This document shows positions 1-11,826 of a DNA stretch of 64,000 nt, one piece after another; the stretch's first letter is position 1, and the number at the start of each line of letters is the position of its first letter. Made by a program: the position numbers and the translations under genes. Source of the DNA: Takakia lepidozioides (taxonomy: Eukaryota; Plantae; Bryophyta); NCBI GenBank assembly GCA_030704615.1, contig CM060731.1, positions 15,872,001 to 15,936,000 of the forward strand, written 5' to 3'. Under the pieces are notes generated by a model, which ran no database searches, had not been told where the DNA came from, and saw nothing but the letters and a program-made list of their open reading frames with translations.

Positions 1-767
1 CACGAGTTTACTTTGGTAGTTTTGATGGGGCGTAAGTTGTCTCTCTGTTATGGTGAACAGACAGCGTCCGCTGAGCTTGCTTGGATAGCTTTGATGTAAG
101 CACACATGAACGGAAAGGAAAGGAAAGGAGGAGAGGAGGAGAGTTGTACGACAGGACTCAGGACGCAGGGCTCTGGAGGCAATTCGGCCTTGTTCCTCAC
201 ATGCTGCGGGATGAAGAACAAAACGATCTGTGCTCAAACGGGCGCTAGGTACCGCTCGGGTGAATACTCTTATCTCTCTTTCTCGTTTCTTTCTTCCTCT
301 TGTCCCTTAAGCTCTTTGAGCTTCCAGGGGACGTTACAAGGACCATTTTATTTCTACTCCCGTCCAGGGTTCTCTTGCCCGCTATGTCTGACCAGCGCCA
401 TTGTCGATGTTTGCAGGTCAAGTGCAACACCTCAAAGAACACACATCTGAAGCTTCAAGCGACGCTTTAGGAACTGCTTTATGAATCCATAAGAACGCTA
501 CAAACGTTCTCTTTGTGGAACTCAAATATTTCGATGCAACCTTAACTACAGGTACTGAAGGTCATAAGGTCACTTGAATTTCGCGAATCTTGAGACTGCT
601 TTCCACCGGGCTATGTCTCGGTTTGCAGAAAGTGCAAGAAGAAGCAAAAATGGAAATACGGTCCCATTTGTGGTTGATGTACAAGTGAAATTAACTTATC
701 CGCACTGTCCGATTAAAACAATGTCTAGAATGTGTCACTTTTTCTCTCTTTGGGGCTCGTTTAGGAG

Positions 768-1637
768 GGGGTTGGTAGAGCATGAGCACACCGGTGAGCA
801 CAAATGGCCTGAGCGCACAAGAAAACGGAGGCGTGAGCTCAAAAACACGGCCATAGGGTACATTTGTTTGCACGGAAATCGAATAGGGTTCCAAAATAGC
901 GAAAATGTTACTTCCGCACCTATCTGAGTTTCTATTCTGTCCCTAAATCCTAATGAAAATAGGCACCCGAAATATGTATCTCAAGCTCCAAGTTCCACAT
1001 ATCTACAGCTGTGGTATCCTACAAAAAAAATAACACGTTAGGGAAAAATAAAGTCACAATAGCATCAAAACATAAATACCAAACAATAATTGAACAATTT
1101 AATATAATGAGGCAAACAACGAGTTTCGCCAGCAAAAATTTTAGGTGTCGTTGCGTAGGTCATTATCCAATGGTTTCGTGGGCGAAACAAAGTGTGTTTG
1201 AAAACACAATGTGAAGTTACCGTTGTGTATGTCATTGTCGAATGTTTTTTTTTGTTGGCGAAATAAATGTAGTTCTTTTTGGAATTGCTTTGTGCGTACT
1301 GCGGAATGCACCCATGCTTTCGTGGGCAAAACAAAATGAAATTCTTGTTTCGCGTATTGCTGATATGATCGAGTGTCACCTGCACTTGACTAAATTCCCC
1401 CGTATCAAAGCGATGGATTTTTTTGATGCATAAGGCACTGACCGGATATTGCTTATGCCCCAACTTTGTTTGCCTTGTGCTCACATAAGCACAATTTGGT
1501 CTGTGAGCACAAATTTCAAATTTTAGTTTCGTCGTAGCATCTTTTTGGGAATATTTGCGGAATTTCCGTCATTTTCTCTTCTGTTCACATGAGCACGTGC
1601 ACAGAGGCGTGAGCGTGCTCACGTGCTACCCAACCTC
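768..1637. mobile_element. Non-autonomous Mutator-like (MULE) TIR element
   Basis: Imperfect terminal inverted repeats GGGGTTGGTAGAGCATGAGCAC (768) and GTGCTCACGTGCTACCCAACCTC (ends 1637). TGAGCAC motifs recur near both ends. Flanked by a 9-bp near-duplication GTTTAGGAG (759-767) / ATTTAGGAG (1638-1646). A 9-bp TSD with G-starting TIRs is typical of MULEs. Confidence 0.55.
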
Positions 1638-2539
1638 ATTTAGGAGAGAGAGAGGACTTTGACCGAAGCCAGCATAATTAAGCGACACTTGACGTTCCGA
1701 CTATTGTCCGTCATTGGCTATATGTAGAGCAATTTCTTAACGAGGGATTCTTTGGAAGGTCCAAAAATAAGAGATGGAAGGTCGGACAAATGGGATGGCG
1801 CAAAAAGGGGTGTGGATGCGGGTAATTTGGCTTGTGAGGTGTTAAGTGAAGCGAGAAAGAAGGCCCTTTTTTTCTTTTTTTTTTAAGAATGAGGGTGGGC
1901 CCTCCTTCTAGTTCTAGAGCTTTCCATAAGGAGGATGAGGCAGTTGGCCCTTCTAGAAGGCTCCACCACCGCCCTGAGAGACTTATATAAAGAAGGTTGG
2001 GGTAGAGGCTCTTATTTATGTTAGCTCTGGCCGGCGTCATATTAATATATACATAAAGAGGGTGAGGGCTGTTTTTTACAAGTTCCACCTCCACCTCACT
2101 TTGGTGGGCTCTACTAGTTAGGGCCCCCAAAGGATGTAAATTTGGAACCTAAACCATCTACAAATGAATGGAAAGCTTATGGGCTTTATGGTGTAGATAG
2201 TACTACATATTCACTTCACAATCTTCAAAACATCGTTCTATAGGCATACATGAAATGTAGTAAAGTGCGTTGCAAAGCTAATTTCAACCAAGAAATTCAG
2301 TGTCGCATAAAGACAATCTGAAGTAATAAAAGTATAAATTTGTCATATAACTCAGTAGACATCCTATATAGAAGTATATCTATACATTATAGAACTAACA
2401 TGAGAGACTCTCATAGCGTAGGGCCTCTTCAAAAAGAACCACTCTACTTGCAAACCTACAAGCATACGCTCCCAACTATGACCTTAAATCATGCATGACA
2501 ACAACGATGTGACCAACACTACTAGTTACTTTAAGAGAC

Positions 2540-4290
2540 TTTGAGCATAATCAAAATAGTTTTGGGAAGAACCTTGTTTTCACGAGAGTGTTCAGCTTAC
2601 GAGGCTTCATTCCAGAATCAATGCAATGCATACATGCATACCTTATGTCATCCTTGTTGGACTGTCCCTAACTCTTTAGGCCAAGTGATGCATTTCTGGA
2701 TCTTAGCTTGTGCACTCTTTGATGGAAACATACCTCATATCTCTGTACACCTTGTAGCATATTGGCATGATTTGGACATAGCATGTCCAAAACAAGAACC
2801 CTGAAATGGTTCACTCAACCCTAGACTTTTACAGCTTACAACCGTCCTCAATGCCAATGTCATACTGGCCAAATTTTTCTTCTTCATTTTTTACATAGCA
2901 CATGATCTTCTTTGTGAGGGAAAACTTCTCAAGAAGTTGATATAATTTTACTGCCATAGCTGCTCCAGTAGATTCAAGTGGCTTCAAACAACCCAAGAGT
3001 GACATGTTTGGGTTCCCATTCACTAGTTACAAAGTTTACAACAAGGGCAAATACATCGTGAGCTCCTTTTGACATCCTCAGGTCAAAGCTTACGCTGGCT
3101 GAGATACATGTAGACAAAGCAAGGTGTATAAAAGTATATATGGTTTTCTCAACCAATTTGGGTAACATATCATCAGTGAAGAACTTTCTCAATGGAAAAA
3201 CAACACGAGGGCACAGTCGTAAGCAAAGTCTTTGTAACCATATGCTCTATATTGTCCTAAGGGGCATATAGGACTTGATGACAAAGAGGATTAGATCCTC
3301 TAAGAAACCTTTCTGAACCTCATGATATTTTTTGAAAAGATCGATGACGTCAAAAAATTCTGAAAATATCAATAGGGCTGATACCTACTCTTTGCTTTGA
3401 TTTTTGTCGTTTTAAACGATCTTCGATTTACTATTTTCTTCTTCCTCCCATTTTGCAGACAGAGTAGAGTGCTCAATTTCCATATGCTTCTTCATAGCAC
3501 TAATTCCATTAGTCTTATTATATGTAATCAATCATTTGCGACATGGACACAATGTTACAATGGCTCACCCTAGGGTTGCATTGTGACAAATAATGCAGCG
3601 CATTACCTGGGAATTGTCCACATCCACCTCTGGACCATCATTGATGGCAAAAATAACCTACATGTGGGTGAGTTGCGATTGTATGGCTTCCACCATAGCC
3701 CTTGTTTTCTCAACGTTGAAAGATGAACTTCATGTTCGTCCAATGTATTATTTGTCAGACAACCAGCATGTAGCCAAGTGGTAATGGGCACATACCATGT
3801 GTGGATATGGTTGTGGGTTCAAACCCGAAGGTGTCCACCTTTCAGCTGGAAGGCAGTAGCCCTTGTGGTGAAGTGACACCATAAGTTACGTTCCCTTTGG
3901 GAGGCGTCATACTTTTTATTATTTGTCCCCTCAACAAATGGACGTTGTACACCCAACTCTATTTCATCTCTTTCATTTTCCACTTTGATTTGTCCAACAT
4001 CTACACTCTCTGTTGGCTGCCCATAACTATCATCTGCACTTCCTGAAGATTCTCCCAATGGAGCACATTGGAGATCAGATATTTTGGGACATAGTTGGTG
4101 GGCAGGTAACATGTACACATCCATTGCAAAGCATATGGAGTACAAGAAGACGACCCTAATGCAAGAGCAAAGAGAGCTAGAGACAAGGGTAGGACAAGGG
4201 TAGGACAAGGGTACCTAGAGACAGGGGTACCCTAGGTACCATCGGTACCACTACCCCCTCTGGTTACCCGGTGTCCCCTAGACACATGTT
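2540..4290 (-). mobile_element. Decayed hAT transposon (BED zinc finger + DDE transposase fragments)
   Basis: Minus-strand fragments: QVMRCIICH...YNKTNGISAMKKHMEIEH (BED finger, ~3470-3610), SVSFDLRMSKGAHDVFALVVNFVTSEWEPKHVTLGLFEAT (ORF 2974-3192), KIMCYVKNE (ORF 2829-3023) and FQGSCFGHAMSKSCQYA (CxxH motif, ~2755-2807). Several frameshifts. GACAAGGGTA-type short repeats at 4180-4240 resemble subterminal repeats. Boundaries approximate. Confidence 0.8.
3757..3916 (+). mobile_element. tRNA-derived SINE copy 1 (inserted in the hAT relic)
   Basis: Pol III A box TAGCCAAGTGG (3771-3781), B box GGTTCAAACC (3816-3825), T/A-rich tail, and a perfect 11-bp TSD TATTATTTGTC (3746-3756 and 3917-3927). 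Homologous to the copies at 5896, 8215 and 9271. Confidence 0.85.
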
Positions 4291-4299
4291 TTCTTTATA

Positions 4300-4380
4300 G
4301 GCCCACCTCTAAAAAGAGGCAGTAGCCGTGTGGCGAAGTGGCTCTTAGTTACGCCGGTCTCGGCCGGAGTTTTCTCTCTC
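4300..4380 (+). mobile_element. 3' fragment of a related SINE
   Basis: CCACCT...AGGCAGTAGCCGTGTGGCGAAGTG...AGTTACG aligns with the 3' half of SINE copy 1, followed by a different hairpin (CCGGTC-TC-GGCCGG) and a (CT)n-like tail. No A or B box. Confidence 0.45.
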
Positions 4381-5051
4381 AGTTAGAGACACTAAATTGT
4401 CACAGGGCCCCTAAACATACTGTACAAGTTCCTACGAACAGATTTTTCTTTGCACAAACTTGTTTAAAATAAGAGAAGCTTTGACTTCTGAACAAGTGAA
4501 ATGAGCATGAATATTGGCTACAAAGTGAGTTGGATGTTCTACCAACACAATTTGGAATGGCGGCAACACCGACAGCAAGATCTCAAGCAGATTGTAATCG
4601 TCCGTAGTCATGAAAGCTTCATGCCATCCTTGCCACAAAAAGACAACACCCAAACAAATATGAAAGCTATCCAACAGCTTCAAAGTACAACCAAGGCCTA
4701 CTCTTTCTGCGCATGTTGTGTATGTATGTGCGGCTCATATATGCCTATGTCTATGCCTTTGTCTCAACTATTGCCAAGCCTCTAGCCCGCTTCCAAGCCT
4801 TTCATCATCCTCTTTGCAATGGCCCATTGTACAACACCAACGATAAATTATCCCAACTCCATTAGCCCTAACTATCTAAAGCACTACCACTTGCCTCTTC
4901 TTGTGTAATTCCCTCCATTCTAGATTATTTGCTCCCTCTATTCTAGATTCTTCCCCAAACTTGGTTGGCGCATGGAGTGCACGTGGGCCCCGCATGTAAC
5001 TAGCCATTGGAGTTCAGATAAATTCTTGGACGTCTTGGCCGCGCCTTTGGT

Positions 5052-5880
5052 CACTACAACAGAAGGTGGGATTTACGACTATCCATTTCACTACATTTAT
5101 AGTCGCAAGTATATATATATATATATATTTTACCAATACCAAGCATAATCGCAAACGGGCAAGCAGTGAAGTAAGACTAGTAGTCGTATGTGACAATGAA
5201 AACATTTCACCGTTGTGGGTCCAGTAAGGGTAGTCTTGACACTTTCATTTTGAACCACAACTCCCCATTTGCTTATGCGGAGTTCTTTCAAATACTATTG
5301 GTGAGAATACAGTGAAGTGAAAGTTGTGATTGTTACTACGATTATTTTATTATTTCACTAGGTAGTCAGAACCAAAATTTCATATTGCACTATACAGTGA
5401 ACTATGGAAATATATGATTATGAACCAAGAAGATATTCGACAATTATCGGTGAACATACAGTTATAAAGTTCACTGGGAAAGCTAGCATGTACCAACATT
5501 TTAATGAGGAATGGTGGTGATAAATACTACGACCAATAGTATATAGTATATTCACTATTGAGCTTAAAATTGTAGTTTCACTTAGTACTATGTAATGTTT
5601 AAGTTTAAGTAAGTACATTCGGTTTAGAAAGTGTTATTTTTGTTATGAATATGCTCGACAGTAGATAGTTTCACTACAAGTATGGAAATGCGGTATTGGA
5701 TAACACCATAGGGAAATTGGCAGGTTAAAATCCATATTTGACTGTCTTGAAGGAAAAGTTTCAGAGAAAATAACCAAATAGTGATAGCTAAATAGTGAAA
5801 TTGTTTGACTACACATGCAATGGGTCTAATTGTCTAATTGTTTGACTACTCGTGAATACTTGTTGAGTCTCTCGCTATAG
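5052..5880 (+). mobile_element. CACTA (En/Spm) element terminus with subterminal repeats
   Basis: Starts CACTACAACAGA at 5052, the same 12-mer as at 63266. Followed by many TTCACTA/TAGTGAA and TAGTC motifs in both orientations. The matching right TIR was not found, so the end coordinate is approximate. Confidence 0.55.
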
Positions 5881-5895
5881 CTATATATTTTGCTC

Positions 5896-6063
5896 GACAA
5901 CCAACATGTAGCCATGTGGTAATGGGCACATATCACGTTGGATGTAGTTCTGGGTTCAAACCACGGTCATGAAGGTGTCCACCTTTCAGTTGGAAGGCCG
6001 TAGCACTTGTGGTGAAGAGACGCCATAATTTACGCTCCCTTCGGGAGACATATATATTATTAT
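5896..6063 (+). mobile_element. tRNA-derived SINE copy 2
   Basis: A box TAGCCATGTGG, B box GGTTCAAACC, (TAT)n tail. 12-bp TSD with one mismatch: TATATTTTGCTC (5884-5895) / TATATCTTGCTC (6064-6075). Confidence 0.85.
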
Positions 6064-6199
6064 TATATCTTGCTCAATAGTAATTACCATAACCTTGTAA
6101 ATCATTGCAAAGGGAAGAGAAATTCGACTTACAGTCGAAAGATTTAACCCTGCAAATGTTTGGTTTACAAATGGTTTTTAGCAACCGACCTAAAATGTC

Positions 6200-6480
6200 A
6201 AAAAGACATCCCAAAATGTTTTCCCAAACCATGATCTACAGTGTAGAATGCTAAACATCTTTATATCCTACTCAAAAACTTGAACTTCCATAGAACCTAT
6301 AAATAGATAACGTCATAATTGTTTGTCTTCCCTAACAATTTACAATTGCAATGAACCAAAAAGACATTCCAAAAGTCATCCCAAATCATGATCTTCAGTG
6401 TTGAGTGCTAGACATCGTCACATCCTACTCAAAAACTTGAACTTCCATGAACTTGTAAACCAATTGTTTGTCTTCCTTGA
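6200..6480. repeat. Two diverged direct repeats of ~160 bp
   Basis: AAAAGACAT.CCAAAA...CATGATCT.CAGTGT...ATCCTACTCAAAAACTTGAACTTCCAT...AATTGTTTGTCT occurs at ~6200-6335 and ~6358-6480. Confidence 0.75.
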
Positions 6481-8214
6481 TAGTCTCCACACTAACTTAG
6501 AAAGAGACAATGTCATCATAGGCACAATTGTTTTGTCAACAAAGATACAATAATATCCATTTGGATAGTCCTTTGTTCTGCCATAAACTTTGGCAACATT
6601 GGCCAGAAGCAACCACAATGAAGAAATCCTCAAAGATCCGTAGATAGACGTTATCGCCTTTCCTACTGCAGAGTTAACAAACAAGTGCCATGTCAGTCCA
6701 AGTAAGCATATATGTGTGCATGTGGTATTTTTGTCTTTCATATGGAGTTTGTGAAATTTATTGAATACATGTGTGTGGTTGTATGGTCACACAAATATCT
6801 AAGCAGACTAGGCTATAGGAAAGGGAAATCGGAAATGTCATAATGCTTTGGTTGAATATACAAGCTTGCATTATATATATGCCATTCGTTATCCCCACAA
6901 ATTAAATTAACTTACAATTAACATATATAATTGCATGATAGCAACACGTGGCTCCTCCTCAACCAATGTTGTCATCCTACAAATTACATGACAAGTAGAT
7001 GTTGGTGTATTTAGTCATTCATATAACTTAAATCAGATAAGTTTGTTTTATCTAAAGAACATATAAATGTTAATATTTTGGAAGTTAAAACAATTTCATA
7101 GTGTAGGAAGTTTGGAATAGGGTGGGATTACAGACTGGTTAATTAAATCACTATGCAATAGTCCATGTCACACCACGTCGTTGCCACGTGGCCATGATTT
7201 TTTGGTAATTGTCCCAAATAACCAACGTCCTAAATTACCACTGTCTGAAATAACATGTCCTATAAAACCAGAAAAACAATTTGGTGATTATGTCCAAAAT
7301 CACAGAAAAACTAGTAAAATGGCTAGTTATTAGTTGGCCTATTGTAGTTGTGGTTTGGTACATTTTTTTGTAAGCTTTTATTATGGGAGGCATGGGACTA
7401 ATAGAGAGAAGGCTAGTGGGTAGGTTGTATTGTGGCAGGGGGCTGGCCATTGGCATTTGTTTGCTATGATTTTGCTTATGTGTGAGGGAGAGATATAACC
7501 TTGAGGGAGCACTAACTTAGTGGGGTGTTTCTAACATGTATGGGAGGTCTATATACCTTACTAGCCTGGCCTTTGATGTATTTTTGACTAATATACGCGG
7601 GAGCATGTGGGAAACTAACCAAGCTTTAAGCTTGACTAGGTGCATATGTCAACTAAGTTGCTTGTGGTTAAGTGAGTATGAGTGAGTGAGGACTGTGATT
7701 AACTAGACTCATTAAGGTAAGCCCCGAGACCACATTTTGTAATATGGTAATTGTATAGTGAGAGGAATGATAGGCTCTTCGGCTCATATTGAGACATTGC
7801 AAAACATGAAAGATGCAAAAGTTCATTTTTTTAAAGCTAAGGTCTTTGGGGTTTTGAAGTGAGAAAGATGACCGTTCTCCACTGACACCTATCCGTTTGA
7901 CCACTTAGATGTGGACGGATCCGGAAAAAGACCCACCAATAGAGTTTAATAGTACTGCAGCTAAAAATTTGGGATTGTGTTTTTTTAATAAATAATAATA
8001 ATAATTTTAAATAAAATTTTAATTTTTTTTAAAATCAAAGGGTAGAAAGCCCTTTAAATCATATTGAAGAAGTCCTGGAAGTCTGTTTTGGTTATTTTTT
8101 CCAGGACTTCTTTAATATGTTTTTTGCTTTCTATTCTAAATGGGGAACCTAATTAAAAAAAAAAAACATTTCCCCCCCCTATCTATTTTCAATTGCCTTA
8201 ATATATCGTAGGGT

Positions 8215-8400
8215 CAACCATATTATAGGCCAATGGATGGTAATGGGTATATACCACCTTAGAAGTGATCATAGGTTCAGTCCACCAATTGGTGTCACGG
8301 AGATGTCCACCTTCTTGACTAAAGGTAGTAGCCGTCCCGGATCAAGAGGTGACACCATATTTTACGCTTCCTGTGGGAGGCGTCAAATAAATAAATAAAT
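8215..8400 (+). mobile_element. tRNA-derived SINE copy 3 (diverged)
   Basis: GGTAATGGG...GGTTCAGTCC...TGTCCACCTT...GTAGCC...GACACCATA..TTACGCTTCCTGTGGGAGGCGTCA followed by a (AAAT)n tail. Homologous to copies 1 and 2. No clear TSD. Confidence 0.7.
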
Positions 8401-8429
8401 ATAGAAAAAGGGAAAAATTTGGTTTGGAC

Positions 8430-8779
8430 TAGTGTTGGGTGGTTATTTGATTTTTTCATAACCGGCGGTTCCGGTTGCTTCAAATTTTAGGAAACTATTA
8501 ACTTGCGGTTGCGATTATTTAATTATTTTATGGCTAGATATAACCTGCGGTTGCGGTTACTTGCAAAAACCTCAAATAACCGGCGGTTCTCATCAAATAA
8601 CCGTGGGTATTGGGCGGTTCTTTGGTTGGTTATTTGAATCCCTGACCGCCGGTGGTTCCTAATTGGACCGGTTACTTCATGTTTCACCTCCGCCGGTCGT
8701 ATGTATGTGTATATACATATATAACTGGATAGGTAACCGCAGGGTATTAGAGAGAAATATAAATAACCGCCCAACACTG
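8430..8779. mobile_element. hAT-type MITE A (350 bp)
   Basis: TIRs TAGTGTTGGGTGGTTATT / AATAACCGCCCAACACTG. Internal ATAACCG/CGGTT repeats. Flanked by GTTTGGAC at 8422-8429 and 8780-8787 (8-bp TSD, characteristic of hAT). Confidence 0.85.
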
Positions 8780-8787
8780 GTTTGGAC

Positions 8788-9667
8788 CAGTGTTGTGCGG
8801 GTTCTGCCTTTTTAAGGAACCCGCCGGGTCCGGGTGCGGGTTTTTTTTCGGAGCCAAGTCCTTTTCCGGATCCGAGTTTTTGAAATTTGGAAAATCCGGG
8901 TCCGGGTTGGGGTCCGGGTTTGTTTACAGGTTGGGGTTAGGGTCCGGGTAGTTGTTGGGAAATATTAACGTCACGGGTTCGGATCCGGGTCCTAATTTAT
9001 TGATTAAATAAATTAGAAAAATATATATTAATTAGAGATAAAATTATTTTTGGCTGGAAAAAACTTTAAATCCTAATAATGAATTTTATTTTTTAGAGAC
9101 ATTCCTTCAAAATATACCATGAATATGAATATGTATACCATGAATAAGAATTAAAATAGAAGTTTGAGTTCCATTCTCTATTTTTCAATATCAATTCTTT
9201 AAACATGTTAAGAATAGTAATATGCCTCAAGGGTAGATCACTGTAGCATGGATGTGTGGGATCTGGCCTAATAATAATATATGACGTCTCCTTTGGGAGG
9301 TGTAAATTATGGTTCCATAGGGCACAACTTTGTGACACCACTCCGTGGATTGAACCCACAACCGCTTTTGAGGTGGTATGTGGGCATTACCACTGGCTAC
9401 AACGTTGTGGGGCTGGCTGCTGCAGTGGCCTATCGCTGCTCCTCCCCTCCACACATGACAAAACCTACCAGATCTAAGGTGGACCCCGCATGCCCAATGT
9501 GAAATTAAGACCACCGAAACTGACCCCCTACATTGGCCCGCAGGCTTAGAAATGAACCTGGGTCAGGGTCCGGGTTTTTTGTGATAGCACAGGTCCGGGT
9601 GCAGGTGCGTGTAACCCGGATCCTAACCCGCCATGTACCGGCATCAAAACCGACCCCCACAACACTG
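8788..9667. mobile_element. hAT-type MITE B (880 bp including a SINE insertion)
   Basis: TIRs CAGTGTTGTG / CACAACACTG. Internal TCCGGGT/ACCCG repeats. Flanked by GTTTGGAC at 8780-8787 and 9668-9675. Confidence 0.85.
9271..9425 (-). mobile_element. tRNA-derived SINE copy 4 (nested in MITE B)
   Basis: The minus strand reads GTAGCCAGTGGTAATG...GTGGGTTCAATCC...CCATAATTTACACCTCCCAAAGGAGACGTCATATATTATTAT. 7-bp TSD TGGCCTA (9264-9270 and 9426-9432). Confidence 0.8.
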
Positions 9668-9675
9668 GTTTGGAC

Positions 9676-10156
9676 CAGTGTTGGTCTGGTATGGGTGTCA
9701 GACCCAAGTATCAATGCTGGTATCAACCCTGGTATCAAGGACCAGACCAGCCTGATCTTTAAGTTCTACATACCCGGTCATATACCAGACCAGGCTGGTA
9801 TCCGTTTTGTCATACCAGCCACAATACCAGTACCCGCCCCCCTCTTCCTCATTTACTCTGGTATTGTATTATACTAATTTATGTGTACATACATGTAATT
9901 ATTTATATCTACTATATGTTTATTGTATTTTTTTCACTTGATATGTGATAAACCTATAAGTCAAGATGGCTTTGGAATGATATCAGAATTGATACTCATA
10001 CCAGCTGGTATTGTGGTCATGATACTCATACTCATACCAGTATCTGGAAAAATATACATCCACCATTATATTGACCAAATTGGTATGGAAGTTTTGTGAT
10101 GGGGCTGGTACTAGGACCAGTCTGGTATGTCAAAAACCTACTACCCACCAACACCG
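9676..10156. mobile_element. hAT-type MITE C (481 bp)
   Basis: TIRs CAGTGTTGGT / ACCAACACCG. Internal CTGGTAT/ATACCAG repeats. Flanked by GTTTGGAC at 9668-9675 and 10157-10164. Confidence 0.85.
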
Positions 10157-10664
10157 GTTTGGACCTTGGTCAGACTTGCTCAATCATTGTGGCAGTTTGG
10201 AAATCCAAATGCGCTAAACTATATGATTGAAAGGTCCGATGCATAGGAGTTATCTTGATCAAAATTTATTCGGACTTCATGACTGAGGGAGGAAAGATTC
10301 TTGCGGCACTTTGGATATGCTCTCAAGAGAAAAAAAATAATGTGTGTGGACTTTGACTCCACATGGAGGAAGGGCGGATGCATTTTGTAATCCAATACCT
10401 CTTCGTCTCATGTTTCTTGGAGTCCCTAGGTATGAAGAGACTACAATAGTTTATTGTTTCCTCTCGGATGCGTCATCCTTTCTTGGACCAACGACCTCCC
10501 CGGAGAATCTGGGGCAAGTCGGCTAGTTTTCACTGGAGGGCGACGATATGGACATAATTGGCGCCATTGCAAAAATAGAGCCTCCAATGTTATGGCTCAT
10601 ATAAAATTTCAATCATCTTCGCAGCAAACATTAGAATTCGATTTTGTGTTGGGGTCCTATGAAC

Positions 10665-11213
10665 TAGTGTTGTACTGGTATCGTATTTTGAACACACCAG
10701 GCTGGTACTGGTACATAGGCCTCCGGCCAATTGTGATACCAGGGAGGTACTGGTATTGGCAAAATTCTGAGATTTGGATACCATGGTGGTATTAAATAAT
10801 ACCTGATTGGTGTGGTGTTTTACGGGTATCAAGAGCAAGAGTTTCTAGAAATCGATACCATGGTATTATCAATACTTGTCTGGTATAAAAAAAAAAACTC
10901 ATGATATGTTAATATTGAAAGGCCCACTTTTCATATAAATGTGTACAAGCATGCTTCTCATTGATTTTATTCCTCAAAGTATTCCTCAAGTTCCTCAAGT
11001 ATTGATACCTAGGTTTTCCTCACAAATATGGATATGGGTATCAGGTACCAGATTTCCAACCACTTACCAGACTGGTAGGGTATTGTCCACAGTATTAGGA
11101 AGCAGATACCAGGCCAATACGGGTAAATGCTAGGTAGTGGCCTGAGCTGATTCATACCAGTATACATACCAGTATTGATACCAGTTTCTTATGGGTATAC
11201 CAGTCCAACACTG
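10665..11213. mobile_element. hAT-type MITE D (related to MITE C)
   Basis: TIRs TAGTGTTGTACTGGTAT / ATACCAGTCCAACACTG. Same CTGGTAT/ATACCAG repeats as MITE C. 8-bp TSD with one mismatch: CTATGAAC (10657-10664) / CAATGAAC (11214-11221). Confidence 0.8.
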
Positions 11214-11826
11214 CAATGAACCCCCTATGTGTGCCTTTAGAGCTTTAAAATATATATATATATATATAAATAATGTTTCAGAGAAAGGGGAGGAAGCCCT
11301 TTAGAGCTTTCTTAGAATTATTGAAGGGAAAAATATTAAAACCCTTATAGGCCCTAAGGCCGGCTTTTTGCAATCTGATTTCAGGGCTTCAGTCCCCTTT
11401 AAAAGAAAAAAACAATTCATAGGAAAATCACCCTTAAGAGGTGATGGATGAATAATTATATTATGGACAGAGAACGTCCATGTGGATGGGCGGTGGGGCC
11501 ATCCGAACGGATGAATGTCGTTCATTCCAAGAGGGATGGCTCGTTGACTGAGTCTGGCGATGGCACGCTGGGTCCTCTGCGTTGTCGTCGAAGTAGTGCT
11601 GCAGCGCAGTGCGTGAGTGAAGGCAGAGTGGGGAAGCAGCAGCGATTCATCCTTGCTTGGAAGGTTTATGGGTTGCCTTGAACGATGCATCCAATCTGAG
11701 AGTCACTGCTAAATGGGCAGGTTGGGATGTGTGCGTGGAGGATGGTAAGATGATGAAGATCGAGGGAAAGTAGGGAGGCAGAGAATCAAGTTTTGTGAGC
11801 AGTGTGTGTGAGCAGGGGGGGTAGGG

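Noticed and set aside
1-450. 5' exons of a minus-strand gene leaving the window (MVLVTSPGSSKSLRDKRKK...)
   Set aside because: Splice-like signals exist, but there is no recognisable domain and the introns would be very short. Not supportable without transcripts.
8422-10164. CRISPR array
   Set aside because: Eukaryotic context, no cas genes, and the intervals are 350-880-bp TIR elements. The repeats are explained as TIR plus TSD.
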